A stretch of 64,000 nt of DNA, taken from NCBI GenBank assembly GCA_051530055.1, contig CM121343.1:5674389-5738388 (forward strand), read 5' to 3'. Shown here piece by piece: positions 26,501-38,308 of this stretch. The DNA is from Neoechinorhynchus agilis (lineage: Eukaryota > Animalia > Acanthocephala). Under the pieces are notes generated by a model, which searched no databases, was not told where the DNA came from, and saw nothing but the letters and a program-made list of their open reading frames with translations. The position numbers and the translations under genes were made by a program. Numbering within the stretch: the first letter of the stretch is position 1; every line of letters starts with the position of its first letter.

Positions 26501-27664
26501 TCAAATGAGCTCCTAGTTTTATTCTTGAATGAATTTCGAAAATTTAGATCGATTAAAGACGTTCTGCGAACTACGTAAGGGATTCATCCTCTCAGTTTGT
26601 TAGTTATTAGTAAGCGTCTATTAATAACTAACAAACTGAGATGATGAATCCCTTACGTAGTTCGCAGAACGTCTTTAATCGAAAAAAAATCATTTACAGA
26701 TTGAACACTTCTAAACAATAATCATATACTCCCCGGTACCTTCTCATATATCGACATTTTGACGTAAATTTCATGAGTTTTTATATAATTTTTTTAACGA
26801 TATACAAAATTATCGTGGCATTTGCAGATTGCAATCTAACAATTTTTTCTCACCGGAAGCAGCATCACACGAGCGTTAAAAGTTCGTACTTACAAAAACG
26901 AAAAGTTTGGATACGAATTAACATTCATCTCCGTTTTTAAGATGCTATTGAAGAAAACTGTAAAGCGGATTTTCTAAACGCTTTTTATGTAATCAAAGAG
27001 TAAAATGTAGCATGTGCCCAAACCCGTAAAATCGATGAAAAAGTATTTTGCTCTCAGCGCATTGATGGTCATCTACTGTCAAAAGAATGTTAAAGTTGAA
27101 CGGAAATCTTTCGATAATACCGAATCTACTATATTATTTATAGTATTTTTTCGATGAAATAAAAAACGTTATAGTTTCACGCTGCTAGATCCCTAGATGA
27201 TGTTAAACTTCTACCTTCAATGCCAATTTCTCTGCCTTAGATTTAGACTAAAATTACATTTGCATCCACGAGGTTCCTGTATGGATTTTTTTTCGACATA
27301 TTGTATTTATATGATTTTTCTGTGGGATCCATTTACCAATGCTTTTGCAAGTCTGAATAATATTCAACTTTTTAGTTACACAATTCAAGGACTGCCACGT
27401 ACGAACATGTACCTCATTCATTATGATGACTGCTGCTCTGAATGTCAAGCAGAAATGGCCTTGAAGATTGTCAAGAAACCCATAAAGTTAAACGAAACTG
27501 AAAAATGTATACGACTAAAGTCAACTCCATATCGAGAGCGGCCGCAAAAGTGTTACTTTGTTAACGATGAGGAGATATCAGCAGCATGCTCAGGAGCGTA
27601 CCTTGTTAAATTATCAATTGTAGTGATCGCAATTCAACTAATGTTATTGATGTCCGCGCAATAA
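20541..27664 (+). CDS. CACNA2D: Voltage-gated calcium channel alpha2delta subunit (CACNA2D3/4, straightjacket-like), many short introns
   Basis: Signal-peptide-like start, YYNAK, DPEITWQYF, FDCRVRTWY, VWA MIDAS DNSGS, TDG, FTYLIGRE, YHPDLRP, GKFFGEVNG, hydrophobic C-terminus; most exons traced with GT/GC-AG introns. Confidence 0.93.
26549..26682. repeat. 134-bp near-perfect palindrome (61-bp arms, 1 mismatch) in the last alpha2delta intron
   Basis: tcgattaaagacgttctgcgaac...gttagttatta / taataactaac...gttcgcagaacgtctttaatcga. Confidence 0.95.
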
Positions 27665-27757
27665 TTACACCACTTTTTACTTTTGATCTGCACCAGCGAA
27701 AGCAAAATCAATATAAATTGTACTTTTGAAGTCTGGCTAGCCAGTTACATTTATTCT

Positions 27758-27836
27758 GGCTGACCATTTTTCCTTGGGTAAACAGCCCACCATGCACTTC
27801 CTTGAGGGCTGTATGCCCAAGGAAAAATGGTCAGCC
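27758..27836. repeat. 79-nt hairpin (31-bp arms) just downstream of the alpha2delta stop
   Basis: ggctgaccatttttccttgggtaaacagccc / gggctgtatgcccaaggaaaaatggtcagcc. Confidence 0.9.
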
Positions 27837-28442
27837 GTGAAAAAGGCCACACTTTGACACAGAATAAATTGTATTTTTTCATTGTCATTTAAATTTACAA
27901 TGTGCTAAACGTCCTCGTCCCGTGAGCAAAGAATTTTCACCATTTCGAGGCAAAAAGCAACAATTTTTCATTCATAAAGAAATTAGACTAGAAAAACTTA
28001 CGATGAGGCGAAGTTACCTCGTGAAATATTTCCAATAAATAAAATATGCCATGCCCCGGAATGTGCTCACAACAATTCTAATTTGATATCCCGAAAGGCT
28101 TTCTATCGACGAATAAAGAAATTGCCGTATATTTTAAAAGCTTTAATTGTAGCAATCAAACTTTAGACATTTTCGGTCATGAGAACCAAATGAAAAAATA
28201 AAAACGACATAATTAAATTTGCAAATTCAAATATTGGTTCACTTTTACGAAAACCGAAATATCCTTCCTCACTCGTTCCCCGAATAACGTTTATGGGTAA
28301 TATTTTAAATAAGTATTGCAAGTTGAGATCGACGTTTATATATACTCCTAATCTGTGTGATTGACAATGTTCGAATGCCTTAAGTAAAATCCACAATCGA
28401 TTTTACAGCGTTCCCTCAGTAACCGACAATGTCAAATCATGT

Positions 28443-31400
28443 TTATTTCCCAACATAGCGCTTAAACAATCTCCTAGAAATGCGTTTTAAATGATCAATT
28501 GATTTTAATTGATTACCTAAACATTTTCTTCGATTTCACCAAATCCTCAAAATATTTAGATCGCTTTTTAGCCAATGATATGATCTAAAGATTGGGTAGA
28601 AGAATATTAGAAACATTTCTGACTAAAAAATTGATTTTTACCTCATCAGGAAGGCCTGCCAATTTCGCAACATTAAACCCGTGACTCTTGTTGCACGGGC
28701 CGCTGGTGTCCATTCGATATAGAAGGGTAATTGTGTTAGATTTCTCATTCATAGTAAAGCTCTAAATTACACTTCCAATTACGGCACCCGAAATTAACAC
28801 AACAAACCATATGAGCCAATGTAACATCTCTCTTCTCAAACTCAGCTACGATTGAGTGATAATGAGTCGAAAAAATGACTCGGCATTTTAATCGAACGCA
28901 GCGATCGAGTACAGCTGAAGCAATTGCAGTTCCATCGAACGTAGATGTTCCACGGCCAAGTTCATCAATCAAAACAAGAGACTGGTGCGTAGCAACTTCC
29001 ACGATGGGCTTAATTTCAGCCATTTCGGCAAAAAAAGTACTGATTCCTAATGTCGAGTCGCCGATGCCAGCACCGATTCTGGTAAATATACGGTCACAAG
29101 CACTAAGTACCATTTTCGAGCAGGGCACATGGATTCCGACGTGAGCCATCCACACCGAAATTCCCACTTGTCTAAGTAATGTGCTTTTACCGCCCATATT
29201 CGGTCCGGTTAAGACTATTGTACTGGGCGAATCACCTATGCCACCCATCTTTATATCATTCGGAATCAGATTAGAAGGAGAGGAATATAAAAGGATAGGA
29301 TGTCGTGAATCAAGCATTTCAAGATAAGAGCATCCATTGTTCACAAATTCAGCCCGGCTCACAGAATCGGAAAACAAAGAAGAGCAGTATTGCAACCATT
29401 TTGCCAATGAACACAGTACATCTAACACGGAAACAAAGTCCAGTGCCTTGATCCAGTCGCAGTAATCCTTATCGAAGGTACTAAGCATCCAACGAAATGA
29501 TGAACCACGGGCTAAATCGAGCTTTATCTCCGCTTCAACCAACTCATCTAATTGCTTATTTATCCAATCAGTTTTGTATCGACTAACATTTTTCTTTGTG
29601 GATGTTAAGATGAAGCAAGCGGGCAGTTTGTGGCCTGTGGAATCATTTCGTATTTCCATTTGATATCGATTACGACCTGTTCCCACATATTTAATGGACA
29701 ACTGTGTTAAAAGTGATGATTAAAAATGTTTATGGTTGACTAACTTTGGCTTTGGCCTCTTGATCTGCACGATAAGCCTCTAATTTCTGTTGTATCTCAA
29801 TGACACGATTATTGGCCTCGTTGAACTCAGGGCTTGATTCCGTAGACTCGAACGTGGAGCTTTCAAACCTACTTAGTTTCTCACGAATGTTTTCAAATTT
29901 GAAAGATGGGAGAAGTCGCCTCAGCATGATTGGACAATCTTCCAACAGTTCAAACTCCTCAATAATGTCAATCATTACCAAAATCGCATTTGCACTTTTC
30001 ATCAATAACGAATGCTTTCTACGCGTATAAGTATCCTCTTCAAACAGTACAGCACGATTCTCGGGATGAGTTACTGGTTTTGCACTCAATGAGTGAATCC
30101 TAAAAGGAAAGGTGAATGTAATAATGTCGATATTTGCGAGGAGGTACCGGGGAATGTGATTGGAATCATTATGGTTAGAAGTCTACACCCGCGGTAAATG
30201 GTTATTTCGATTAAAAACGTTCTGCGAACCTCGTCGGGTTCATCATCATCAGTTTGTTGGTAGTATACGCTATCGATGTTTAGTAGATGAAATTAATCCA
30301 ACACAAAATTGCATCGATTTGTGGTGTATTCCCTAAGCAGCTTTCTTGTTTAAACAATAGGCAATTAAAAACCAGTAATCCTAACAAGTGTCCGTATATG
30401 ACCATAAAATCTTGCAAACTAAGCATGCAATACTAAAAATCGATTGGCTTAGAAAAGTATCGAAATCTAGAAGGAACGCGCTTTGGATTTTCAATTAATA
30501 AATTGTTGAGGATACGAAATTACAATTACTCACTTTTCTTCACCACTCTTAATTTTTCGACCTCCGTTACTCGTTCAATGATCCACTGTTAAATCGTGGT
30601 TTGCAATTCTACAAAAAAATATTTAAACTTTGGATCAAAACCCATTCTGGTTTACGTTTCTAGAACTTGGTTTAGCTGAAAAACCGCAAAAATTTGTTTG
30701 CAGTGATGCGTTTTAGATAACTGAACAGTTTTAAGCTGAGTAGACAAGAAAACCTAAAAATGACCACCAGTTCTTTAGACAATTTAATATTAATATGGAG
30801 ATCAAAATATATGTATGATGCAAAAGGTCGGGTGAAAGATGTGAAGGACAATAGAAAACTGTAAACAACTTAACGTTGAAATTTGCAATAAAACTAGTGC
30901 ACAATACTGGCGTTCGATTATTTCGGACGTAAGCTTAAAAGTCACTTTGTATTACGGTGATTTGATCCAATACTCGAAGAAGAACAGATACTTCTCAAGA
31001 ATGGTTGGCGGATTGCCTCATAAAGTAAGCTAAAGTTTTAGCAGATATCTTGGATTAAACAGAACTTTAAATGATATTTCTCTAGGAATTATTCGCAGAT
31101 AAAAGAATGAATAGGAATGACTGAGTCAATACAGATTTATTGCTTTCATGAAATCAGCTAGAAAAGTGATTAAAAATTAGAGCATAAATATTACTTTAAG
31201 TGTTTATGTGAACATCCCTTACGCGGCTGATTTTTTGGGCACACAGCCCACCGAAGCGATTTGTACAAACTCATAACCGTGTATTTCAGAGTTTAAGTGA
31301 CTCCATGGGCTTTCATAATCCAAATCGGAGGACTGTGTGCTCAAGAAATCAGTAGTGCAAGCGATGTTCACTTAAGTACTTAAAAAATGACCGGTAGCCA

Positions 31401-33432
31401 AACATGAGGAAAAATAAATACTACTTCTAAAAAATGCTTTGAGCATTCAAAACCTAATTTGGCAAATAAAGAATCGTAAATTATGATGTGTTAATTGAAA
31501 CCAAATACTAACTTCATGAGCATTCTTTGCGTATCGGAAGGCAATTGCTTTATCTTGTTTACAATATCTTCACAACGTCCATTGGAAATCCACTCTATGG
31601 CATCAACTCGTTCGTTTATGCCAGTTATGTTCTTTAATGGATTTAGGAGCCAATCTCTGAGCATTCGACGTCCACTATTGGTCACGCACTTATCCAAGCA
31701 ACTGAACAACGAATCGGTTTCTTCACCGCTGTTTCCAATATGACCAATAATTCCAAGACTGAGAGCGGAGCTGGAATCCACGACCATTCTATCGCAATCT
31801 TCATCGACAATGACAAATTCCCGTCTGCTAAGAAGCTCTTGGTCGATGAGGCAAAATCTTAAATATCCAATCAATAAACCTATTGATGTCATTGTCCTTG
31901 AAAAGGGCGGGTTCTTGAGCTTTTCTAAAATATCCCGCTCTACATGGGGTTTTAAATATTCAACAAGTTCAAGACTGCTCCACGTGTTGTACTTACAAAA
32001 CGAATGAATTTCGCGAAAAAAGAAGCAACAAATGCGAATTCATTCGTTTGTTATTTAATGATGCATTTTCAATAAGGCATTTTCCATACATGTTCAGTGT
32101 GTTCCACAGCTCAGTTGAAACTTTCAATCGATCACATAAAATCTGTGAAGCCGGGTGATTAATCAAACACGTTCGGACAGTTCCGTAAAAACGGTCAGGG
32201 CAGCATAGTCTTACGAAAAATCGCCCTTGGGACACATCCACAAAGACTAGGCAAACGCTCATATCCAATAATTCCGTCACAGCGTACATGTACCCATTCA
32301 GTGGTCCAGAGATGATATCTTCATTCAAAGATTCGAGATCGTAGGTGAATGTGCCTGGAGTGGTGATTTCACATATTTCTCGGTTCACAACTTGGGAAGA
32401 TTTACGGCGATCAGTTTTCGTGCGCTCAGACATTGCTTTCTATCGCGACTTCTGATTTTACCCGGATTTACACGATAAAAAAAGAAGCCACGATCTAGTT
32501 GACTCAGTTTGTTCAACTCTTGCGATTTTATAACCCTGTTTCACCAAATGATTGGCAGCTTTGGCAAAAGCAATCTCGGGAAAGCCGCAATGAGCAAATC
32601 TGCCTTTCATAAACGTCATGCTCAACTCTTTGGCCACAATCATAGCATCCATGTGATAAAATTCGTAAAATTTGCCTACCTAAACATAGAGCAGAGGAAA
32701 AAATTTAAGAAATGCAAGGGGAAAATATCGATTATTGCTTAAATCTGATGTTTTTGGAATCGATCAAGCACACAACAATGCGAAATTAGACTAGAATTTT
32801 AAGCACGACTATTAATGAATTATTTACGAAGCATAAATGGACGGAACGATTGTTGTACCTTAAAGCATAAAAGAGTATCGAAATTGGCACTTTTCAACGT
32901 CCACCATTGCTGCATGGCCTAAAATTCATAGACAGATTTATGATTATAAGAATCTCTTACGGGAGATTGTTGCGATAGAAAGGAAGATGGAACATAAAGG
33001 GTGGATGGATCATAGTCTGGATGAGTTGATAATCGCTTCTTGGAATCTTTAATGTTCTTTGGGAGTATAAAATCGAGCTTGGTGTGAATGAAATCTCGAA
33101 AGTTGTCATCCTCTATAATCTGCGAATCTTCATTGGAGTTCAATTGGCTGTCTGTGAGTTGAGTGGAAAATGATTGGCATTCAAAAGAAGTGTCTATCTT
33201 TCCTATATAAGAAGATTAAATTCTTTAAATATACTATTATCTCACCGCACGAATCTAAAGTCTGAATTTCATAGTTCCTCGATGATCGAAGTATTTTATT
33301 ATGGCCAGGCGAGCTGTTTTCACAATCACTAAATGATTGAGACTGCATAGCGGGCATCTCTATCGCAGAGGTTTCACTATCCGTTCGAGAGAAATAATCC
33401 CTTATTGTCCGACTCTTCCTTGCTCGTTTCAT
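28443..33432 (-). CDS. MSH6: DNA mismatch repair protein MSH6, multi-exon, with two hairpin inserts in coding sequence
   Basis: PIP-like [93 protein letters not shown]. Confidence 0.95.
31994..32053 (-). other. TA-bounded hairpin insert (58 nt + one TA) in MSH6
   Basis: 13-bp perfect core aaacgaatgaatt/aattcattcgttt; removal restores frame as ENASLNKYNTWSS. Confidence 0.85.
32441..32497 (-). other. TA-bounded hairpin insert in MSH6 (frame needs a 54- or 57-nt removal, not the 55-nt TA-TA removal)
   Basis: 12-bp stem atcgtggcttct/agaagtcgcgat (2 G-U pairs); two in-frame stops between VEQTEST and KAMSER. Confidence 0.65.
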
Positions 33433-33686
33433 TCTTCAAAAATCTGATTAAACGAACTTGCAGAAGAACCCCCACCACCCGCAAGGCGAAGTGGATATGC
33501 GCCCACGAATACGGCGTCTATTAGCCGTTTGTGTATATAGAACAAACATTGCTGCGTACCATAATTTACGCAATTGATTTGCGGCGACCAAGAGACGGCA
33601 GATACCAACTTAGAGCTGTTAGAGCGCATTTATGAGAGATGAAATTTTGTAGAGATCATTCGCTGATTTCAAGACTAACATAAAAT

Positions 33687-33876
33687 TATTTCAGTTTCAA
33701 TTATCGGTGTCGTCAAAACTGTTATATGCCTAGCCGCACTCGTCCTCAATTGTCGCCGAATGCTTGCAGTGTTGCCTCTCAATACGGCGATGCTGATATT
33801 TTGAACCAGGTATTGACCTGACCTTGATGTTAAATCTATTTTCTAAATCAAACATCGCTAATTGAAACTGAAACTA
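33687..33876. mobile_element. TA-flanked ~190-bp MITE with ~23-bp terminal inverted repeats
   Basis: TA-tttcagtttcaattatcggtgt ... acatcgctaattgaaactgaaac-TA. Confidence 0.65.
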
Positions 33877-34249
33877 TAATGAATAATTTCTTTACCTTAA
33901 AATTGCTGTCCACTTGGTCGCTGACGGTCTTTTAAAAATGAAGATTCTCAACAGTTAAAAATCGAAGTTTCAACTCCTTTGGATTTGGTTGACAAAAAAT
34001 CCCGTGTTATTTTCATACTATTAAATCCGATATTTCGGAGGCAAAATCGCGTGCCTTAGATACTATAGCAAAAACAACCTTAACGAAGGCACAATAATGT
34101 GACGAAATATCCGATTTAATAAATTCCTTCAAGCATTGTAATATTTGGCAATACTCTAACAAATGTTCGTTCACTTTTTGACGCATAAATTAAGACGTTT
34201 GAAGGTTGAACTATCCGTGTTTTTATATGGCCGAAAAGTAAAATAATTT

Positions 34250-35524
34250 ATTGTACGTTGGCGAATTCTGTCCCCGGTGTTATCGATACTCATTTATTTG
34301 AGAAATATTTCACAAGGTTTTCCTTGCCTCTTCAGTCGCTATTGCTTGTAATTTTTTAATGTGTGAGTTTGTGTCCTGGCGAATCCTGTCCCCGGTGTTA
34401 TCGATACTCATTTATTTGAGAAATATTTCACAAGGTTTTTCCTTGCTTCTTCAGTCTCTATTGCTTGTAAGTTTTAAATGTGTGAGTTGGTGTCTTGGCG
34501 AATCCTGTCCCCGGTGTTATCGATACTCATTTATTTGCGAAATATTTCACAAGGTTTTCCTTGCCTCTTCAGTCGCTATTGCTTGTAAGTTTTTAATGTG
34601 TGAGTTGGTGTCTTGACGAATTCTGTCCCCGGTGTTGTCGATACTCATTTATTAATTGCGAAATATTTCACAAGGTTTTCCTTGCCTCTTCAGTCGCTAT
34701 TGCTTTTAAGTTTTAAATGTGTGAGTTGGTGTCTTGGCGAATCTGTCCCGGTGTTGTCGATACTCATTTATAATTGCGAAATATTTCACAAGGTTTTCCT
34801 TGCCTCTTCAGTCGCTATTGCTTCTAAGTTTTAAATGTGTGAGGTGGTGTCTTGGTGAATCCTGTCTCCGGTGTTATCGATACCCATTTATAATTGCGAA
34901 ATATTTCACAAGGTTTTCCTTGCCTCTTTGGTCGCTATTGCTTCTAAGTTTTAAATGTGTGAGTTGGTGTCTTGGTGAATCCTGTCTCCGGTGTTATCGA
35001 TACCCATTTATAATTGCGAAATATTTCACAAGGTTTTCCTTGCCTCTTTGGTCGCTATTGCTTCTAAGTTTTAAATGTGTGAGTTGGTGCTTTGGCGAAT
35101 CCTGTCTCCGATGTTATCGATACTCATTTATTTCTTTGAGAAATATTTCACAAGGTTTTCCTTGCCTCTTCAGTCGCTATTGCTTGTAAGTTTTAAATGT
35201 GTGAGTTGGTATCTTTGCTAATTCTGTCCTCGGTGTTGTCGATACTCATTTATTTGCGAAATATTTCACAAGGTTTTCCTTGCCTCTTCAGTCGCTATTG
35301 TTTCGCAAGTTTTTCGACTGAAGAGGCAAGGAAAACCTTGTGAAATATTTCGCAATTAATAAATGAGTATCGACAACACCGGGGACCGAATTCGCCAAGA
35401 CACCACCTCACACATTTAAAACTTACAAGCAATAGCGACTGAAGAGGCAAGGAAAACCTTGTGAAATATTTCTCAAATAAATGAGTATCGATAACACCGG
35501 GGACAGGATTCGCCAATGTACAAT
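34250..35524. mobile_element. Foldback-like element: ~9 forward 118-121-bp tandem units, an inversion at ~35300, ~1.7 reverse units, unique inverted termini
   Basis: Unit ggcgaattctgtccccggtgttatcgatac...gtgtctt; ends attgtacgttggcgaa / ttcgccaatgtacaat. Confidence 0.85.
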
Positions 35525-36240
35525 CAAATGTACCCCGAGGACAATGATATATATGAAAAAATAGTTTATTGTTCATATATTTCGGCAGAATCTTTTGGAT
35601 TTATCTAGGCGTCTTGTATGTTTTTCAGATATGTTAGTGCCGAAATATCGGAATCATTAAAAAAATTAAAATTTCTACTATATAAAAACATAAATTAAGA
35701 ATTGAAAGTGATTATGAATACTTTTTCTATAGTCTTAAGGATGACAACTTTTTAAGTCACGTGTAAATTTGATGTTTGCAGTCAATTATTGACCGCGAGT
35801 ACCAACAATTGATGATTTTCTTTATTTGTGCTTACGTGATGTTTGGCAAATGCACTCGCATAATAAGCGGTTTAGGAAGAGAAATCTCAAGCTCCTTTCG
35901 ATATTGGCTTACGATACAGGGGGATCGCTACTGACTCTGCGTGTTTTCCCAATCGCCCGCATTCTTTTAAGAGAGTCTTGGTATAAAGAGTGACCACGAA
36001 GGACTTTCGGGATTTCCGATCCTGTAGTTTCAATATAATCGGAGCTCGAATAGATGCAACCTTTGACTACCAAAGCTTTACTTTCACTCTCATATTCATC
36101 GATTTGCAATCAAAAACTACTTTAGGACCAAGCAAAAATGAAAAATTATTATATGTGCTGTTAGATACCCACTCACTTCATGTTCTGTGCAAAAATCGGT
36201 ATATTTCAAGCCGGACCGAAGTTAAATCTGCAACCGACTC

Positions 36241-37473
36241 TTAAAATTTACTTGTCTGTTCCGAATGCCCATTCTTTGAATCGCAATGATCGCTTCGAGG
36301 TGACGGGCTCGGAGCCTTGATCGTATCGTTTGTAGTGGTTGTATTGACGGCAGGCGGTCTTTCTACATCTCCCGGAGCTACAAGCTCATGATCTCCCATA
36401 TTGGACGAAGTCTGAAAAACACCACCATTGCTTGATTTATCAGGTTTCAAATCTCTAATTTGCTTGATAAGATAGGCTTTTTCTTCGTTAAATTGCTCGT
36501 CATCGGCACGGTCTGCCGTAAATCCAAGCAAAAAGTCGATCAGTCGCTCCCGGTTTCTGAGAAGAATGTCAAAAATTGCCTTTGGTTTGTTTGGATTTGC
36601 TACAAATATTTTAAATACGTGAAATGTCTCAAACTGAATGTGCGAGCTTTTCTCCCTAAACAAATTCATCATCATCTTAAGATTATCGACATTCTCAATA
36701 AATCGATACATAACATCGGTGAAGTTTCGGTCTAGCATCAGTTCACCCAATAGTTTGAGTGACTGTCGCCGAGTTACGTAGTTGTCCGAAAGCAATAGTC
36801 GTTCATAATTGCTAAAGAATAGATCGTAGTTTTCCTGAATATACGCGGCGGACATCGCTCGATGTCGGACCAAAAATTCCTAAATTAGACAATGAAAATC
36901 GATTTAATATCACGCAATTACCTTAAAGGTCGAGAAGGCATCTGACGAAACGTCAAAAGTGTTCATTTGAGCGTAGGCGAAGAAGTTATAAAAATCTCCA
37001 GATTCCAGAACTTCCTTTGCGAGTTCCTCGTGTCTAGCGCATTCTCGGAGCATTGTTCCGCAATTTAAGGCAATTTCTGAGTTTTCGTATCCTCGAATCA
37101 GCGTCTGCAGAATCTGTTTATGAGCCATTATATAATCAACTGTCGGATACACCTTCCCAATTTGGCGTCGCAGCATATTATTGAAAATATTTGCCATTTC
37201 CTTTTTGTCCTCGAATGATACTCTGGTTAAATTTGTTATCAAAGTCAGCAGAAGATTAGAAGCGTAAATCTCTTGAGCTAACGTCGCAATAAGTTCACTT
37301 TGTGGATCTTGTTCAGGAGTACCATAGAGCATGCCTTTGATGGTTGTCAAATGCTTCGAGATTTCATCATGTGCCTTGTCGATATTTTTGCCTCCTTTCT
37401 CCAATACATGGAGATTGTCCCGCAATGAACGCACGACGTCCGCTGGTTTCTGACGACCTTTAAATAACGGCAT
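36241..37473 (-). CDS. CAB39: MO25/CAB39, two exons
   Basis: [77 protein letters not shown]; one GT-AG intron. Confidence 0.95.
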
Positions 37474-37569
37474 TTCTATATGTATAATCTGAAGAAAACG
37501 GAATAAGGTTCCCGGAAAGAGCTATTTGAAAGGAAACCGGACGCCCGATTGTTTTACTATTAGAGCCCA

Positions 37570-38034
37570 CTATTCAATAGAACACACTCCGCCGAGCGGT
37601 TCCAGTCGTTTTACGATCTCTTCTGCCTCGTCCTTACCAATGTTGTCCTTTAAAACGTGAGGTAACGATTCAACAAACTTCTTAGCCTGAACCAAATTCA
37701 TATCGGGCGCGATTCGCTTCACTTCTTTAATGATCGCAACTTTCTTATCTCCTTCAAATCTCTTCAAATGCAATGTGAAACTAGTCTTTTGCTCCTTTGG
37801 TCCATCGTCGTCGTCTTGATTTTCATTTGCGGACATAGTAGCCGCCTGTATTGTCTGCTGTTGAACGAGCCACTGCTCCGGCAATTTCAATCTCTGCGAA
37901 AGCAGTGTGCTCAACTCACATGCATCGATCATACTCAAAGAAGCGATCTCCTCGGCTAACAAATGTAGCCGTTCTGATTTGCCGGAAGTTTGACTCAGAA
38001 GTCGGTATAGAGGCAGTCGAAATCTCTCAAACAT
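37570..38034 (-). CDS. MRPL12: Mitochondrial ribosomal protein L7/L12 (likely start MFERF at 38034)
   Basis: EEIASLSMIDACEL..L, KVAIIKEVK, NLVQAKKFVESLP, LEPLGG. Confidence 0.9.
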   Translation of the reverse strand: MFERFRLPLYRLLSQTSGKSERLHLLAEEIASLSMIDACELSTLLSQRLKLPEQWLVQQQTIQAATMSANENQDDDDGPKEQKTSFTLHLKRFEGDKKVAIIKEVKRIAPDMNLVQAKKFVESLPHVLKDNIGKDEAEEIVKRLEPLGGVCSIE

Positions 38035-38308
38035 ACTTAAGACATTCCACACGAGCGAAAAAGGAACAAAAAGTCTTAGAGCGAAATTACGCACATCCCC
38101 AATCAAACGATCCGCAACGACTACCACGGCTAGATCCGCCGCCGTTATCGTTATTTTCTGATAGAGAGGCAGACGCGCACCACGATGCCTACTTTTGCCG
38201 TAAACACAGGATCTCAAAAACGCGGAACTTGGTTTCTTCCGCGTTCTGAGCGCATTTGAAACTCTAAATGTATTTATACTGCTACGTATATTTTTCCTTT
38301 TAGGGCAA

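Noticed and set aside
33429-33629. 66-aa ORF as MSH6 first exon
   Set aside because: It ends in a stop overlapping the ATG at 33432, which is followed by the PIP-like motif and preceded by an acceptor-like site.
34359-35576. Repetitive ORFs, and the possibility that this or the 55-kb array is a CRISPR
   Set aside because: Units are whole-length repeats with no unique spacers, there are no cas genes, and the context is eukaryotic.
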